Below the pieces are notes generated by a model. It ran no database searches and was not told where the DNA came from. It saw only the letters and a program-made list of their open reading frames with translations. DNA of 64,000 nt from an archaeon (GTDB taxonomy: Archaea > B1Sed10-29 > JAJSAI01), in the NCBI GenBank assembly GCA_024274695.1, contig JAJSAI010000019.1, positions 23,265 through 87,264 of the forward strand, in the 5' to 3' direction. Both the position numbers and the translations under genes were made by a program. Positions 1-9,571 of this stretch are shown one piece after another; the stretch's first letter is position 1; the number at the start of each line of letters is the position of its first letter.

Positions 1-90
1 CTCAAATCACATATAAAAACTTTTTCCTAAAGGAAACAAAAATAGCAAATTTTGTTGCCTTAAGGAAATAAAAAACTAAAAAAAGGGGTT

Positions 91-267
91 TCAGAGGTCG
101 TGAGCTCTCACGGTCTGCCTGCCGTTCTCCTTTGCTCTCCTGGCAGCTTTTTTGACAAGCTCTTCAACCTGCCTGCTGAGAGCATCAGTGAAATCGCTGC
201 TTGTCCTCATGTTGAGCTTCTTAACGAGCTCTTTGATCTTGCTCTGTACCACGAGAGTTTCAGCCAT
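91..267 (-). CDS. Small histone-fold-like DNA-binding protein (58 aa, DUF1931/HMf-like half). It is absent from the ORF track because it is under 60 aa.
   Basis: My own minus-strand translation gives MAETLVVQSKIKELVKKLNMRTSSDFTDALSRQVEELVKKAARRAKENGRQTVRAHDL. The C-terminal AKENGRQTV..DL resembles the archaeal histone AKHAGRKTIKAEDI motif. Stop is TGA at 91-93 and ATG at 265-267. Confidence 0.45.
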   Translation of the reverse strand: MAETLVVQSKIKELVKKLNMRTSSDFTDALSRQVEELVKKAARRAKENGRQTVRAHDL

Positions 268-370
268 ACGCCATTCCTCCTCCTTTTTTCTGGGGACAAA
301 CCAGGAACCAGGGGTATAAAAGGTTTTTCACGGGCAAACAATAAAAAAGTTTTAAAAAGTATTCTCTCGC

Positions 371-1081
371 GTGAGAGCCAAGAGAATGCAGGCTTCCCTG
401 AAGCGCGCTGCCAAGGAAGAGCTTGAGAAAAAGAAGAGGAGGAGAGAATTCCTGCTGGACTGGCTGGGCGTCCTGTCAAGCAGGGCTAGGACAGAGGGAT
501 ACCTGCAGGTGCAGGAAGAGGTTCTTGAGGTCCTGGAAAAGCTGGACGAGGTTACCCGGGAGATAAGAGAGCTTGAGGAAGACCTTGAGAAAGGAGCGCC
601 CGGCCTCGGGCTAAGAGAGTTCCAGGAGCACTTGCAAGGAAAGTACAACATCGTGTTCACTCGGGGAGTGGGGGAGGAAGCCCGCAGAGAAGTTGAAGAA
701 AAAATAAGGAAAAAGAAGCAGAGAATCGAGTCCATTGAGGAAGGCATCCTGCTTGCGACAGACCTTCCCACCCGGAACGTTCTTTCAAGAATTCTTGCCA
801 AGGAGAAAGAAGAGCTGAGCGTGCTGGAGAACGCCATGAACGCGTTCAAGAGAAGAAGAGGTCTCCTGATCCCAGAACTTGAGGAGAGGATAAGAAACCT
901 TGAGAAAGAGCTTGAGGTCGCGAGAAAAGAACGGGAGAAGCTCGTTAACGAGTACAAGAGGACAGGCAGGGAAGAGCTCGCTGACCTGTTCACGAAGCTG
1001 AGGGGCGTTGAACAGTCAATCCAGCACAGGATTAACCTGTTGAAGGAAGAGCTTGCAAGAGAAAAAGAAAAGCAAGGGTAA
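371..1081 (+). CDS. Highly charged coiled-coil protein (KE/R-rich), function unknown. The true start may be the ATG at 386.
   Basis: Long ORF with heptad-like EELxKLxE repeats. A TATA-like tataaaa sits at 316-322 upstream. Confidence 0.45.
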   Translation: MRAKRMQASLKRAAKEELEKKKRRREFLLDWLGVLSSRARTEGYLQVQEEVLEVLEKLDEVTREIRELEEDLEKGAPGLGLREFQEHLQGKYNIVFTRGVGEEARREVEEKIRKKKQRIESIEEGILLATDLPTRNVLSRILAKEKEELSVLENAMNAFKRRRGLLIPELEERIRNLEKELEVARKEREKLVNEYKRTGREELADLFTKLRGVEQSIQHRINLLKEELAREKEKQG

Positions 1082-1114
1082 TCTTTTTATCCGAGCGCCT
1101 TTTGGTACACTAGC

Positions 1115-2230
1115 ATGCACTTCACTCTGCACAGACTGAACATCCTTTTGTCCGGGACAGAGACGAGAAGCATTTACGTTAACGGAATGATAAGATCTCT
1201 TGCCTTCGGAATAGCAGGGGTCTTCATACCCATATTCCTGCTGGAAAACGGCCTGCCCCTGCCAGGAATAGGCCTGTTTTACGTGACCCAGTACCTGTTT
1301 TTCGCGATATTCGCCCTGCAGAACACCTTTTTCGAGGAGCTCTTGGGAGGGATAAAGAAGATGATCATCGCAGGAACAGCGTGTTCCGCGATCTTCCTGG
1401 CCACTCTGGGAAGAGTCCCTGTCTGGATGTCTGCAATGCTCGCAGGAGCAGGGCTGGGGCTCTACTGGGTGTCAGTGAACACGGACTTTTCTCTGCACGT
1501 CCGGAAAGGGAAGGCTGGGAGCACGTTCGGGAAATGGACTTCCCTCGCCTCGGTCCCTGCCCTGTTCGCTCCCCTGCTCGGCGGCTGGCTGCTTGACGTG
1601 ATAGGCTTCAGGCTCGTGCTGTTCATTTCCTCAGGAATCCTCGCGCTGTCCCTCATTCCCTTCGTCCTGTCAGAAGACATTTTTGTGAGGCCCAGGAGGA
1701 AAATCAGAGAGGTCCTGGGAGGAGAGCTCTCGGCAGAGTTCATCCTGCAGGGAGTTGTGTTCATCGCCTTCATCCTCTGGCCGGTGTACATCTTCTCCAC
1801 CGGGAAAGACCTGCTCGTGGTGGGTGGTTTGTCAGTCCTCTCCTCCCTCGCCCTCATCCTCTTCAAGTACTCTTACGGCAGGCTGGCGGACAGGCTGAGC
1901 AGGCTCGCCCTCATGAAAGCAGGGGCTCTTCTTAACGCTGTAGTCTGGGTTCTGGCAATGCTCTCCGAGGACGTGGTGTCCCTTTCTGTGGTGTCCGTGC
2001 TGCTCGGGTTCACAGGGTCTCTTGTGGGCACGCCTTTGTTCGTCTTCTTCTCAGAGTACTCAAAAAAAGACCCTCTCGCCTGGATGTCCCTCAGAGAAGT
2101 CTCCCTGTGCCTGGGGAGGATAACAGCGGCCCTGCTGTTCTTCTGGTTCCCTTCCTTTGATTTCGCGTTCGCCCTGGCGGCCTTAGCCTCCGTGGGGCTT
2201 GCAATGGTAAAGCCAGTGCACTCTGAATAA
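1115..2230 (+). CDS. Polytopic membrane transporter, MFS-like, about 12 TM.
   Basis: 371 aa with repeated hydrophobic helices and a central charged loop. Ends in TAA. Confidence 0.55.
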   Translation: MHFTLHRLNILLSGTETRSIYVNGMIRSLAFGIAGVFIPIFLLENGLPLPGIGLFYVTQYLFFAIFALQNTFFEELLGGIKKMIIAGTACSAIFLATLGRVPVWMSAMLAGAGLGLYWVSVNTDFSLHVRKGKAGSTFGKWTSLASVPALFAPLLGGWLLDVIGFRLVLFISSGILALSLIPFVLSEDIFVRPRRKIREVLGGELSAEFILQGVVFIAFILWPVYIFSTGKDLLVVGGLSVLSSLALILFKYSYGRLADRLSRLALMKAGALLNAVVWVLAMLSEDVVSLSVVSVLLGFTGSLVGTPLFVFFSEYSKKDPLAWMSLREVSLCLGRITAALLFFWFPSFDFAFALAALASVGLAMVKPVHSE

Positions 2231-2260
2231 AATTTAAAGGAGTGTGTGATATAATTCCGC

Positions 2261-3301
2261 ATGGAGCCAATAGTTATAGTTGGTGCAGGCCCTGCTGGCC
2301 TATCCCTTCATGAGAAACTGTGCGAGTCTGGGATCAAAAGTTTGATCATAGAGCGTAAGAAAAGCGTTGGAGAATATGGCAATAGGGTAATAAATCTTGA
2401 TACTTTCAAGTTATTTGGATCTCCTGAAGAAATAATCTCTTATAAAATAGATGAAGTCGTGTTTTCTTCCCCTTCTGGTGAAAAGTTACGCGCCAAAAAA
2501 GAAAGGGGGTACGTTATTAATAAGAGGGATCTAGAATTATGCTTGCTTGATAGGATTTCTGAGCCTAACATAGTATATGGTAAGGCAGTAATAAAATTAA
2601 ATAAGAAAAAGAAAAAACTTCTTACTTCTGATGGGACGATCTTTTCTTATTCTATACTTGTAGGATGCGATGGAGTCCATTCTACAGTACGAAGTTCTGT
2701 GACAGATGAACAGATTAAGACAATAAATTGTTACGCGGAAGAATACGATGGCCAGGAACCCACTACCGTATTCGTAGAACCTGATTTGGCAAAAGGCTTT
2801 TATGGTTGGATAATGCCCCTGTCAGATAAGAGAATTGAGATAGGTATAGGTAGTGTCAACAGAGGAGTTTCCCAAAAAGAACTTTTTCATATCTTGAAAA
2901 AAAAACATGGATTAGATAAATATTCTAGGTCACTTAAGATAACGGGAGGAACACTTCCTGTAGACTTTCTGAAAAGAGAAGTGTATTCTGATATTGTTCT
3001 GATAGGGGATGCTAGTGGAGGAGAACCCGCAATGGGGGGATCACTTCACAAGACTGTTGATGAAGTTAATCTACTTTTCAATATTCTTTCTGAGAAAAAA
3101 AATTTAGAGGAGTATGATATCTTATGGAACGGATTTTTCCTTGAAGAGTTTAAAACTCAAAGAAAACTTAGAAATGCGATTGACTCTGCTACAGAGAAAG
3201 ATATTGACAAAGTGTTCAAAAAGTTACATAAAAAAAGATTACCTGATAAGGGGCTCGTTACCACTATATTTAAAGAGATTGCTCTTAATCTTGAAAAGTA
3301 A
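2261..3301 (+). CDS. FAD-dependent oxidoreductase of the geranylgeranyl reductase family. It is a second paralog and sits in the AT-rich island.
   Basis: N-terminal GAGPAG dinucleotide motif. GCDGVHSTVR, YGWIMP and GDASGG motifs are typical of GGR-family enzymes. Local GC is about 35-40 %. Confidence 0.6.
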   Translation: MEPIVIVGAGPAGLSLHEKLCESGIKSLIIERKKSVGEYGNRVINLDTFKLFGSPEEIISYKIDEVVFSSPSGEKLRAKKERGYVINKRDLELCLLDRISEPNIVYGKAVIKLNKKKKKLLTSDGTIFSYSILVGCDGVHSTVRSSVTDEQIKTINCYAEEYDGQEPTTVFVEPDLAKGFYGWIMPLSDKRIEIGIGSVNRGVSQKELFHILKKKHGLDKYSRSLKITGGTLPVDFLKREVYSDIVLIGDASGGEPAMGGSLHKTVDEVNLLFNILSEKKNLEEYDILWNGFFLEEFKTQRKLRNAIDSATEKDIDKVFKKLHKKRLPDKGLVTTIFKEIALNLEK

Positions 3302-3336
3302 AACTTTTTAATTTCTTTTAATTCTTTTGAAGAGAT

Positions 3337-3987
3337 ATGTTGACATATCCAGAATTAGTAAAGTTAATGCTTTCTGGGAAAATGAAGCTTTCTTTCGGAG
3401 AAATACTATTCCTTGGACATCCTTTTTCTCTGATGCCGATGTACTTTTACGAAGAACTTACTAAGAGACTTATTGAAGATCCTGAAGAAAGAGAAAAGGT
3501 ATATTTTGACGCATGGAAAGCGGGGTTTAAGTTTACCTTAGATATAGTGAACAAGTACTCTCTAGAAAGCTTTGAAGATAGATACAAACTTGCGATGGAC
3601 TTGGTGAGCATGTCTGGTTTTGGGGATTATAGAACGATTGAATTCTTTCCAGGTTACGCTATTTTCAAGATAATAAACAATCCATTTCCAAAATTATTCT
3701 ATCCCTCAAATCTTAAAGTTGATCACATTTTGAGAGGCATTAATGCGGGCGGCGGAACCGTTGTTCATGAAAGAATAATAAATTGTGTTGAATTGGAATG
3801 CGCTGCTGAGAACAGTAAATATTGCTTGCATGTGAACGGGAGTCAAAAATATTTAGAAGAAAGAATAGAAAATGAAAAAATTCTGGAAGAACAACTTGGA
3901 GATATTAAAAATCTTCAAAAGAAACAAGTTTCTTATTTGAAAAGGAATTACAAAAAAATATATAAAAAATATTCTATAGAAAAATAA
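3337..3987 (+). CDS. Hypothetical protein in the AT-rich island. It may be a small-molecule-binding V4R-like fold, but this is very uncertain.
   Basis: 216-aa ORF with a Cys-containing C-terminal segment INCVELECAAENSKYCLH. No confident family match from sequence. Confidence 0.35.
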   Translation: MLTYPELVKLMLSGKMKLSFGEILFLGHPFSLMPMYFYEELTKRLIEDPEEREKVYFDAWKAGFKFTLDIVNKYSLESFEDRYKLAMDLVSMSGFGDYRTIEFFPGYAIFKIINNPFPKLFYPSNLKVDHILRGINAGGGTVVHERIINCVELECAAENSKYCLHVNGSQKYLEERIENEKILEEQLGDIKNLQKKQVSYLKRNYKKIYKKYSIEK

Positions 3988-4819
3988 CAAACAATATTAA
4001 GAATAATAAAATTATTAAAATTCTTTCATAAGCATATACTTTAGTATAATTTTTTTGCCATGTTATTATTAGAGCTAAAATAATAAACAATAAACTAACA
4101 AGGGATATCACATGTTGATTAATGATTAATGTAAATAATCCTAATAAAAATCCTGAAGAAAGTATCCATTTTCGAACTATTCTCATACCCTTTTTTGTAC
4201 CATATTTTGTTGCCAAAGTCTTTTTTCCGTATACTGCATCGTATTTAGCATCTTTGAAGTCTTTAGTTGAGATGAGCGCGGAAATAAATAGCGTTAACAA
4301 AAAGAGGTTAACGATGAACTGAAAGCTAATCTGCTCAGTTAAAATTATTAGTCCCAATACTCCTGTCACAAAAAATGAGCCGTAAGCTAAGGTGATTGGC
4401 CCTACAAAAGGAATTCTCGCAAGCCATAGTGAGTAAGATATCCCTATTATAAGTAGTGAAAGAGCAAGCATTATACCCCAAAATCCTCCCATAACCCCAA
4501 CAACTAATCCAGAACTCCAGAGTATATACATCACTCTTTTAGCTTCGTGTATGCTGATTCTTCCAGAGGTAAGAGGTCTGTAGGGCATGCTTTTTTTATC
4601 TATCTTGTAATCAATTATATCATTTAGGATTGCTCCTGCAGAATACATGGAAAAGATGATTGCTGCAGAAATAGCAATTTTTGACCAATCAAATTCCTGA
4701 GCAAATGCTGCAGCATAGAACAATGCCAAGAAATAAATAAGGCTATTCCAAGGGCGCATAAGGTCTATGAAAGAAAGGATCTTATTTTTGGAGAGTTTTT
4801 CGGAAAAGAATTCTTCCAT
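3974..4819 (-). CDS. UbiA-superfamily prenyltransferase, digeranylgeranylglyceryl-phosphate synthase-like.
   Basis: About 9 TM. First Asp-rich motif NDIIDYKID and second motif KDFKDAKYD. AT-rich. Confidence 0.65.
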   Translation of the reverse strand: MEEFFSEKLSKNKILSFIDLMRPWNSLIYFLALFYAAAFAQEFDWSKIAISAAIIFSMYSAGAILNDIIDYKIDKKSMPYRPLTSGRISIHEAKRVMYILWSSGLVVGVMGGFWGIMLALSLLIIGISYSLWLARIPFVGPITLAYGSFFVTGVLGLIILTEQISFQFIVNLFLLTLFISALISTKDFKDAKYDAVYGKKTLATKYGTKKGMRIVRKWILSSGFLLGLFTLIINQHVISLVSLLFIILALIITWQKNYTKVYAYERILIILLFLILFVIFL

Positions 4820-4823
4820 AATT

Positions 4824-5654
4824 TCACTTTAGTAACAGGCTTCTTCCTTTTTCTGTGTTCACAACAATCCCTTTACCTCTTATTATGTCAAATGAGAAAA
4901 ATGCTTTTTCATGCTGAGTTAGTCTCATCTTTCTGATCTGTAAGTTTCGGGAGGACTCTCCTGCAATTCCAGTAAAGTATAGCAGAATTACTCCATCTAC
5001 CATAAACTCACTGAATGAGTCTCTACTAAGAGACTTAGAGTCTTCTAGCAATTCTGACGTGATCAGAACACTTGCTTTGGTATCTCTCAATGTTTTGAAG
5101 AGTCTCATGAGGATAAATTTGTTTATTAGTTTGTCGTTTAATGGAAGGGGTATTACAGTATCCTCTACAACGGTATAAGGTGTAGAAATAAAATGAGAAA
5201 AAATAGCGTTAAGGTCTCTAATCCCTTTTTGTGAAAGTATTGTTTCATATTTTTTTGGCAGGACCATAGAATAACTGTCTAACAGGGTTGTGACAGAATC
5301 TATCACAACTCTTTTTGGGCCAAACTTTTTACATTCCTCTTTAATTTTGTTGATCATACAACCCTCTTCAGGATTGAGAGAAATAACACGAAGTTTCTTG
5401 GATTTTTCATCTTTTTTCAAGTCTATATTAAACTGTTTGGCTTGTTGAATTATCATTTCTTCGGATTCTTCAGTGGTAAAGAAAAGAGTTTTCTCATTAT
5501 TTTCCGCCCCTGCATGTGCATAATGTATGGCAAATGTTGATTTTCCAGTTCCTGCCCCTCCAGATATGAGAATAATGCTTCCTTGAGGAAACCCTCCTTG
5601 TACAAGTTTGTCAAAGCCTTCGACACCTGTTTTTATTCTTTTCATAAGCACCAC
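4824..5654 (-). CDS. KaiC/RadB-like RecA-superfamily ATPase.
   Basis: GFDKLVQGGFPQGSIILISGGAGTGKST Walker A region typical of archaeal KaiC-like proteins. AT-rich. Confidence 0.65.
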   Translation of the reverse strand: MVLMKRIKTGVEGFDKLVQGGFPQGSIILISGGAGTGKSTFAIHYAHAGAENNEKTLFFTTEESEEMIIQQAKQFNIDLKKDEKSKKLRVISLNPEEGCMINKIKEECKKFGPKRVVIDSVTTLLDSYSMVLPKKYETILSQKGIRDLNAIFSHFISTPYTVVEDTVIPLPLNDKLINKFILMRLFKTLRDTKASVLITSELLEDSKSLSRDSFSEFMVDGVILLYFTGIAGESSRNLQIRKMRLTQHEKAFFSFDIIRGKGIVVNTEKGRSLLLK

Positions 5655-5702
5655 CGCTTATTAACCTCAAAAGATAAATTTATTTAAAACTTTTTTGATT
5701 GC

Positions 5703-7010
5703 TCATATGACGATCTCTTCCCCGGGCTCGGGAATGCTGTTCTGTATTCCCTTCTTTTCCAGGGTCCTGGAAAAGCTCTTCTGTTTCTCTTTCTCCCCGT
5801 GAACCAGGAACACCTGCTCCCGCGGATGGTTCTCTTTTATCCAGTTCAGCAGATCGTTCCTGTCAGCGTGGGCTGAGAGCCTGAGCTGGTGTACCCTGAG
5901 CTTTATTTCCACTTCCTCGTCCCCGATGATCACGTTCCTCGCTCCCTCTGATATCTGTCTTCCGAGAGTGCCTTCGGCCTGGTACCCTACGAGTATGACC
6001 GAGTTGTCCTTGTCTCCCGCCAGTTTTTTCAGGTAGTATACGCTAGGCCCTCCTGTCAGCATCCCGCTCGTGCTGACTATTATCGCCCTCTCTTTCTCCA
6101 GCACGTCCCTCCTGTCCTTGGTTCTCGGGGTCTTCCAGAACCTTGACTTGAATGGATCGTCGTCCGCGAGCAGGATCCTTCTTGGTATTTCCTCTTTTAG
6201 CCAGAGGACGTTGTGCCTGTATATCCTGCTCGCCTTTTTCACCATCCCGTCCGCGTAACCGTGCTCGTTGGAAAGGAATCCTGACCTGACGTAGTTGTCT
6301 ATGATCATCATGACCTCCTGTCCTCTTCCCACCCCGAAAACGGGGATGAGCACTTTCCCAGGAGTGCTCCTGATTATTTCGGCCAGTTCCCTTGAAACTG
6401 TTTTCAGGCTCGGCAGGAGATCGTCAGGACCAGAATAGGTTGACTCTGTTATAAGATAGTCTGTCCTGGGGATCTTTTTCTCCGCCCCGTACAAGAGGTT
6501 GGTTTCCCTCGTGTTCATGTCCCCAGTGTAGTACAGGCTCTTCCGACCCTTTTTCACCCTGAACCCTGCGGCCCCGAGTATGTGTCCTGCGTTGTAAGCG
6601 GTGACCTCGAACCCTGCCACCCTGACAGGCTTCTTGTACTCCAGGAAAGAGAACCTGGACAGGATCTTTTTGACATCGTTCCTGCTGAAGTTAATGTCCT
6701 TTTTCGCCACGCCCAGCCTGTAGTAGTCTGCCAGCAGGACCTGGACGAGGTCAAAGGTCGGCTTGGTGCTGTACACTTTCCCCCTGAACCCGAGCCTTTC
6801 CAGGTCAGGCAGGAACCCTGAGTGGTCAAGGTGGGCGTGGGTCACGAAAACGGCCTTAAGCGACCTCGCAATCCTCTCGTCCAGCAGGGGATACTCTTTA
6901 GGGTCTCCTAGTTTGACCCCGCAGTCCAAGAGAATCCTTTTCCCCTTGTCCTCCAGCATTACCGCCGATCTTCCGACTTCTCCGCAGGCTCCCAGAAAAC
7001 AGACCTTCAT
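5703..7010 (-). CDS. Metallo-beta-lactamase/beta-CASP ribonuclease (aCPSF2 / aRNase J-like) without KH domains.
   Basis: HAHLDHSG motif, beta-CASP region, and a C-terminal His motif LSAHAD. Confidence 0.7.
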   Translation of the reverse strand: MKVCFLGACGEVGRSAVMLEDKGKRILLDCGVKLGDPKEYPLLDERIARSLKAVFVTHAHLDHSGFLPDLERLGFRGKVYSTKPTFDLVQVLLADYYRLGVAKKDINFSRNDVKKILSRFSFLEYKKPVRVAGFEVTAYNAGHILGAAGFRVKKGRKSLYYTGDMNTRETNLLYGAEKKIPRTDYLITESTYSGPDDLLPSLKTVSRELAEIIRSTPGKVLIPVFGVGRGQEVMMIIDNYVRSGFLSNEHGYADGMVKKASRIYRHNVLWLKEEIPRRILLADDDPFKSRFWKTPRTKDRRDVLEKERAIIVSTSGMLTGGPSVYYLKKLAGDKDNSVILVGYQAEGTLGRQISEGARNVIIGDEEVEIKLRVHQLRLSAHADRNDLLNWIKENHPREQVFLVHGEKEKQKSFSRTLEKKGIQNSIPEPGEEIVI

Positions 7011-7066
7011 CAGAACTTAAGTAGGGGGCCAGTGTTTTTAAACTCTCCAGGCTTATTTAGCCTTTA

Positions 7067-8452
7067 ATGGATCCGTTTGTAGTACTCGGGCTTGCCGCGC
7101 TGGCGGCCTTGGGAGCGTTCGTGGCCGCGATAGTTTACAAGGCGAGGAAGACCTCAGGGCCTACTGTTAAGGAGATAGAGTCCTTGTACGCCGAGTTCGA
7201 CAGGCTGATAAAAAGAAAGGCGAAGTACCTGTCAATGCTCGAGGTTCTTGATGACGCGAAGAAGTACGGGAGGATCTCCACGTCCCAGTACGCCGAGCAA
7301 GCGGGCAGGATAAAAAAGAAGGTTCAAGAGACAGACAAGAAAATTGATGAAGTGATCAGCAGGCTGGCGCTACCATACTACAAGAAGATACTGAAGCAAG
7401 AGACTGCTGTTGAAGGAAAGAAACTGAACTATCTGCTCGTGCTGCAGGAGGACAAGAAAAAACTGCAGCAGAAAGTGCTTGAACTAGAAAAGACCCTTGA
7501 CGCCCTCAGGCGGAAGCTCAAGATAACAGAAGAAGCTAGGGACGAGCTTGAAGAAGAGGTTAGGTCCCTGGAGGAAAAGCACAAGAACAGCATGCTCGAG
7601 ATGGAGTCCAGGCTTGATGCGGCAAGCAAGAAGATAGCTGCACTGCAGAACGAGCTTGAGGCCCTGCGCAAGGAAAAGGAAGAGATTGAAAGGAAACTGG
7701 TTGAAGTGTCGGAAAAAGAGAAGGAGTACAAGAAGAGAGCGTGGGCCGCTGAAAAACAGCTTGAGGCAAGGGGGGCTAAAGAGGAGGAAGTTAGCAGGGT
7801 TGTTGAAAAGTACAGCGCGGAGGAAGAGGAGCTGAAGAAGAGTCTTGAGAAGGCCAAGAAGAGGATGGAGGAGTACTATCACAAGATCCTGTTGTTGCAG
7901 ACCATAATAGACAGGTACGCTGACAAGATAGAAACAGAAGAGGCCAGGACCATTCAGCAGGTGAAGGAGAGCGTGCAGCCGAAGAACAAGAAAGTGCTTG
8001 AAGTGTGCGAGATAATAACGTCAGAAATCCCCGAGTACGATCCCAAGAGAGATCTTTTGAAAGCCTGCCAGCTCGCGTACGAGAGGGTTTCGGAAAGAAT
8101 AGCGTCCGTGAAGGGCCCGGGTATAACGTTCTGGATGACAATAGACGAGATCCTTGACAAGAGGATCGCGGACTACGAGGACAAGGCGATCCTCTTGTGC
8201 TCTGTCCTGAGGGCCTTAGGGGCCGACGCGAGCGTTCTCATACTCCAGATGTCGGACGGGGCCAACTTTCCGGTGGTAGAACTCAGGCACGGGGAAAAAG
8301 TTTACTGGCTTGACCCCAACCACCCGCACGAGTTCAACAAGTACTCTGCAGGTTCCCGGGAAGAGGTAATGAAAGAGTTCTCGGCAGAAGGAGCAAAGCC
8401 CGTGAGCGTGTTGTACGAGTTCAACGATCAGGAGTACAAGCAGAAGGAGTGA
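7067..8452 (+). CDS. Membrane-anchored long coiled-coil protein with a C-terminal transglutaminase-like (Cys-His-Asp) domain.
   Basis: N-terminal TM LGLAALAALGAFVAAIV, then about 300 aa of coiled coil. The C-terminus has AILLCSVLRALGADASVL...RHGEKVYWLDPNHPHE, which matches the transglutaminase core pattern G.C...LR..G / H.W.E...W.DP. Confidence 0.5.
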   Translation: MDPFVVLGLAALAALGAFVAAIVYKARKTSGPTVKEIESLYAEFDRLIKRKAKYLSMLEVLDDAKKYGRISTSQYAEQAGRIKKKVQETDKKIDEVISRLALPYYKKILKQETAVEGKKLNYLLVLQEDKKKLQQKVLELEKTLDALRRKLKITEEARDELEEEVRSLEEKHKNSMLEMESRLDAASKKIAALQNELEALRKEKEEIERKLVEVSEKEKEYKKRAWAAEKQLEARGAKEEEVSRVVEKYSAEEEELKKSLEKAKKRMEEYYHKILLLQTIIDRYADKIETEEARTIQQVKESVQPKNKKVLEVCEIITSEIPEYDPKRDLLKACQLAYERVSERIASVKGPGITFWMTIDEILDKRIADYEDKAILLCSVLRALGADASVLILQMSDGANFPVVELRHGEKVYWLDPNHPHEFNKYSAGSREEVMKEFSAEGAKPVSVLYEFNDQEYKQKE

Positions 8453-8458
8453 CCTCTG

Positions 8459-9142
8459 TTGCTGCAGGTGCTGCTCGCCACCCTGGCCGACAGTGTCATT
8501 GCACTTGTAGGAGTAGCAGCCCTCAAGGCCAAGAATCTTGAAAAAACATCCTCTCTTCTGGCTGCTTTTGCCGCAGGCACCCTGCTCGTCGGAGGCCTTG
8601 CCCACCTGTTCGCAGAATCTCTTGATGGGATAGGCGCGGACGCCGCAGTGCTCTTCTTTTTGATAGGGTTCTCCTTCTTCCTGTTGTTAGAGTTCTTCCT
8701 GAAATGGCACAAGTGCGGGTGCAAGGCAGAGCCCTTCACTTACATGATACTCTTGGCCGACGGGGTGCACAACTTTTTTGACGGCGTTATAATCGGGGCC
8801 AGCTTTCTGGTGAACCCCTTGTTCGGCTGGATCACCACCGGGCTCATAATACTGCACGAGGTGCCCCAGGAACTGGGAGACTTTGGGATCCTTGTCCAAG
8901 GAGGGCTCGGGCCGGCCAAGGCCCTGGCATACAATCTCGCTTCCCAGCTCTCGTGCGTTCTCGGAGGGGTCCTGGGATGGTTTGCTGTTGTTGGGGTGGT
9001 CCCGCATGCCCTTGCGTTCTCTGCAGGCGGGTTCGTGTACATAAGCGCGGCTGACCTCGTGCCCAGGATGAGGGACAATGCAGCTGTGATCGCCTTCTTT
9101 TCTGGCCTGATCCTGTTAGAAGCGCTCAAGATAGTTTTATAA
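8459..9142 (+). CDS. zupT: ZIP-family zinc/iron permease (ZupT-like).
   Basis: HNFFDGVIIG and HEVPQELGDFGIL signatures. About 8 TM. Confidence 0.75.
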   Translation: MLQVLLATLADSVIALVGVAALKAKNLEKTSSLLAAFAAGTLLVGGLAHLFAESLDGIGADAAVLFFLIGFSFFLLLEFFLKWHKCGCKAEPFTYMILLADGVHNFFDGVIIGASFLVNPLFGWITTGLIILHEVPQELGDFGILVQGGLGPAKALAYNLASQLSCVLGGVLGWFAVVGVVPHALAFSAGGFVYISAADLVPRMRDNAAVIAFFSGLILLEALKIVL

Positions 9143-9163
9143 ATTAATAAAATTATAAAATTT

Positions 9164-9571
9164 GTGATGGATGTTCTCGCCAATTTTGAGGTCTTGTTCA
9201 AAGCAAGGGGCCTCTCAGCGGTCCACGGCAGAGTGTTCGGCACCCTGCTCTTGTCAGGAGCGCAGATGACGCAAAAGCAGATAGCCAGAGAATCAGGGTA
9301 TTCCGTCCCAGCGGTGAGCATTGCCCTTGACGAGCTCGTCAAGCTTGGGCTGGTAAAAAAGAGGAAAAAACAGAGGACCTTCTACTACTCTGCCGACGCG
9401 GACCTCCCTAAAATAATGCACGACTTCCTTAAAACAATAAAAAAGGACTACGTGGAGCCCTTCCTCCGGGAGATAAAAGAGTACCCGAGGACGGAGCCCG
9501 TGAAAAAGTTTGAGAAGAGCATGAAAAACCTTGACAATTACCTGTCAAGATTACTGGAGGTGCGAGTATGA
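9164..9571 (+). CDS. Winged-helix transcriptional regulator.
   Basis: HTH segment QKQIARESGYSVPAVSIALDELVKLGLV. Co-directional and tightly packed with the ferredoxin/GGR genes. Confidence 0.45.
   Translation: MMDVLANFEVLFKARGLSAVHGRVFGTLLLSGAQMTQKQIARESGYSVPAVSIALDELVKLGLVKKRKKQRTFYYSADADLPKIMHDFLKTIKKDYVEPFLREIKEYPRTEPVKKFEKSMKNLDNYLSRLLEVRV

Noticed and set aside
100-426. 108-aa + strand ORF at the window start
   Set aside because: It overlaps the better-supported minus-strand histone-fold gene (91-267) and the promoter region of the 371 gene. It has no recognisable features.
352-993. 213-aa minus-strand S/L-rich ORF
   Set aside because: Antisense shadow of the charged coiled-coil gene. 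Low complexity.
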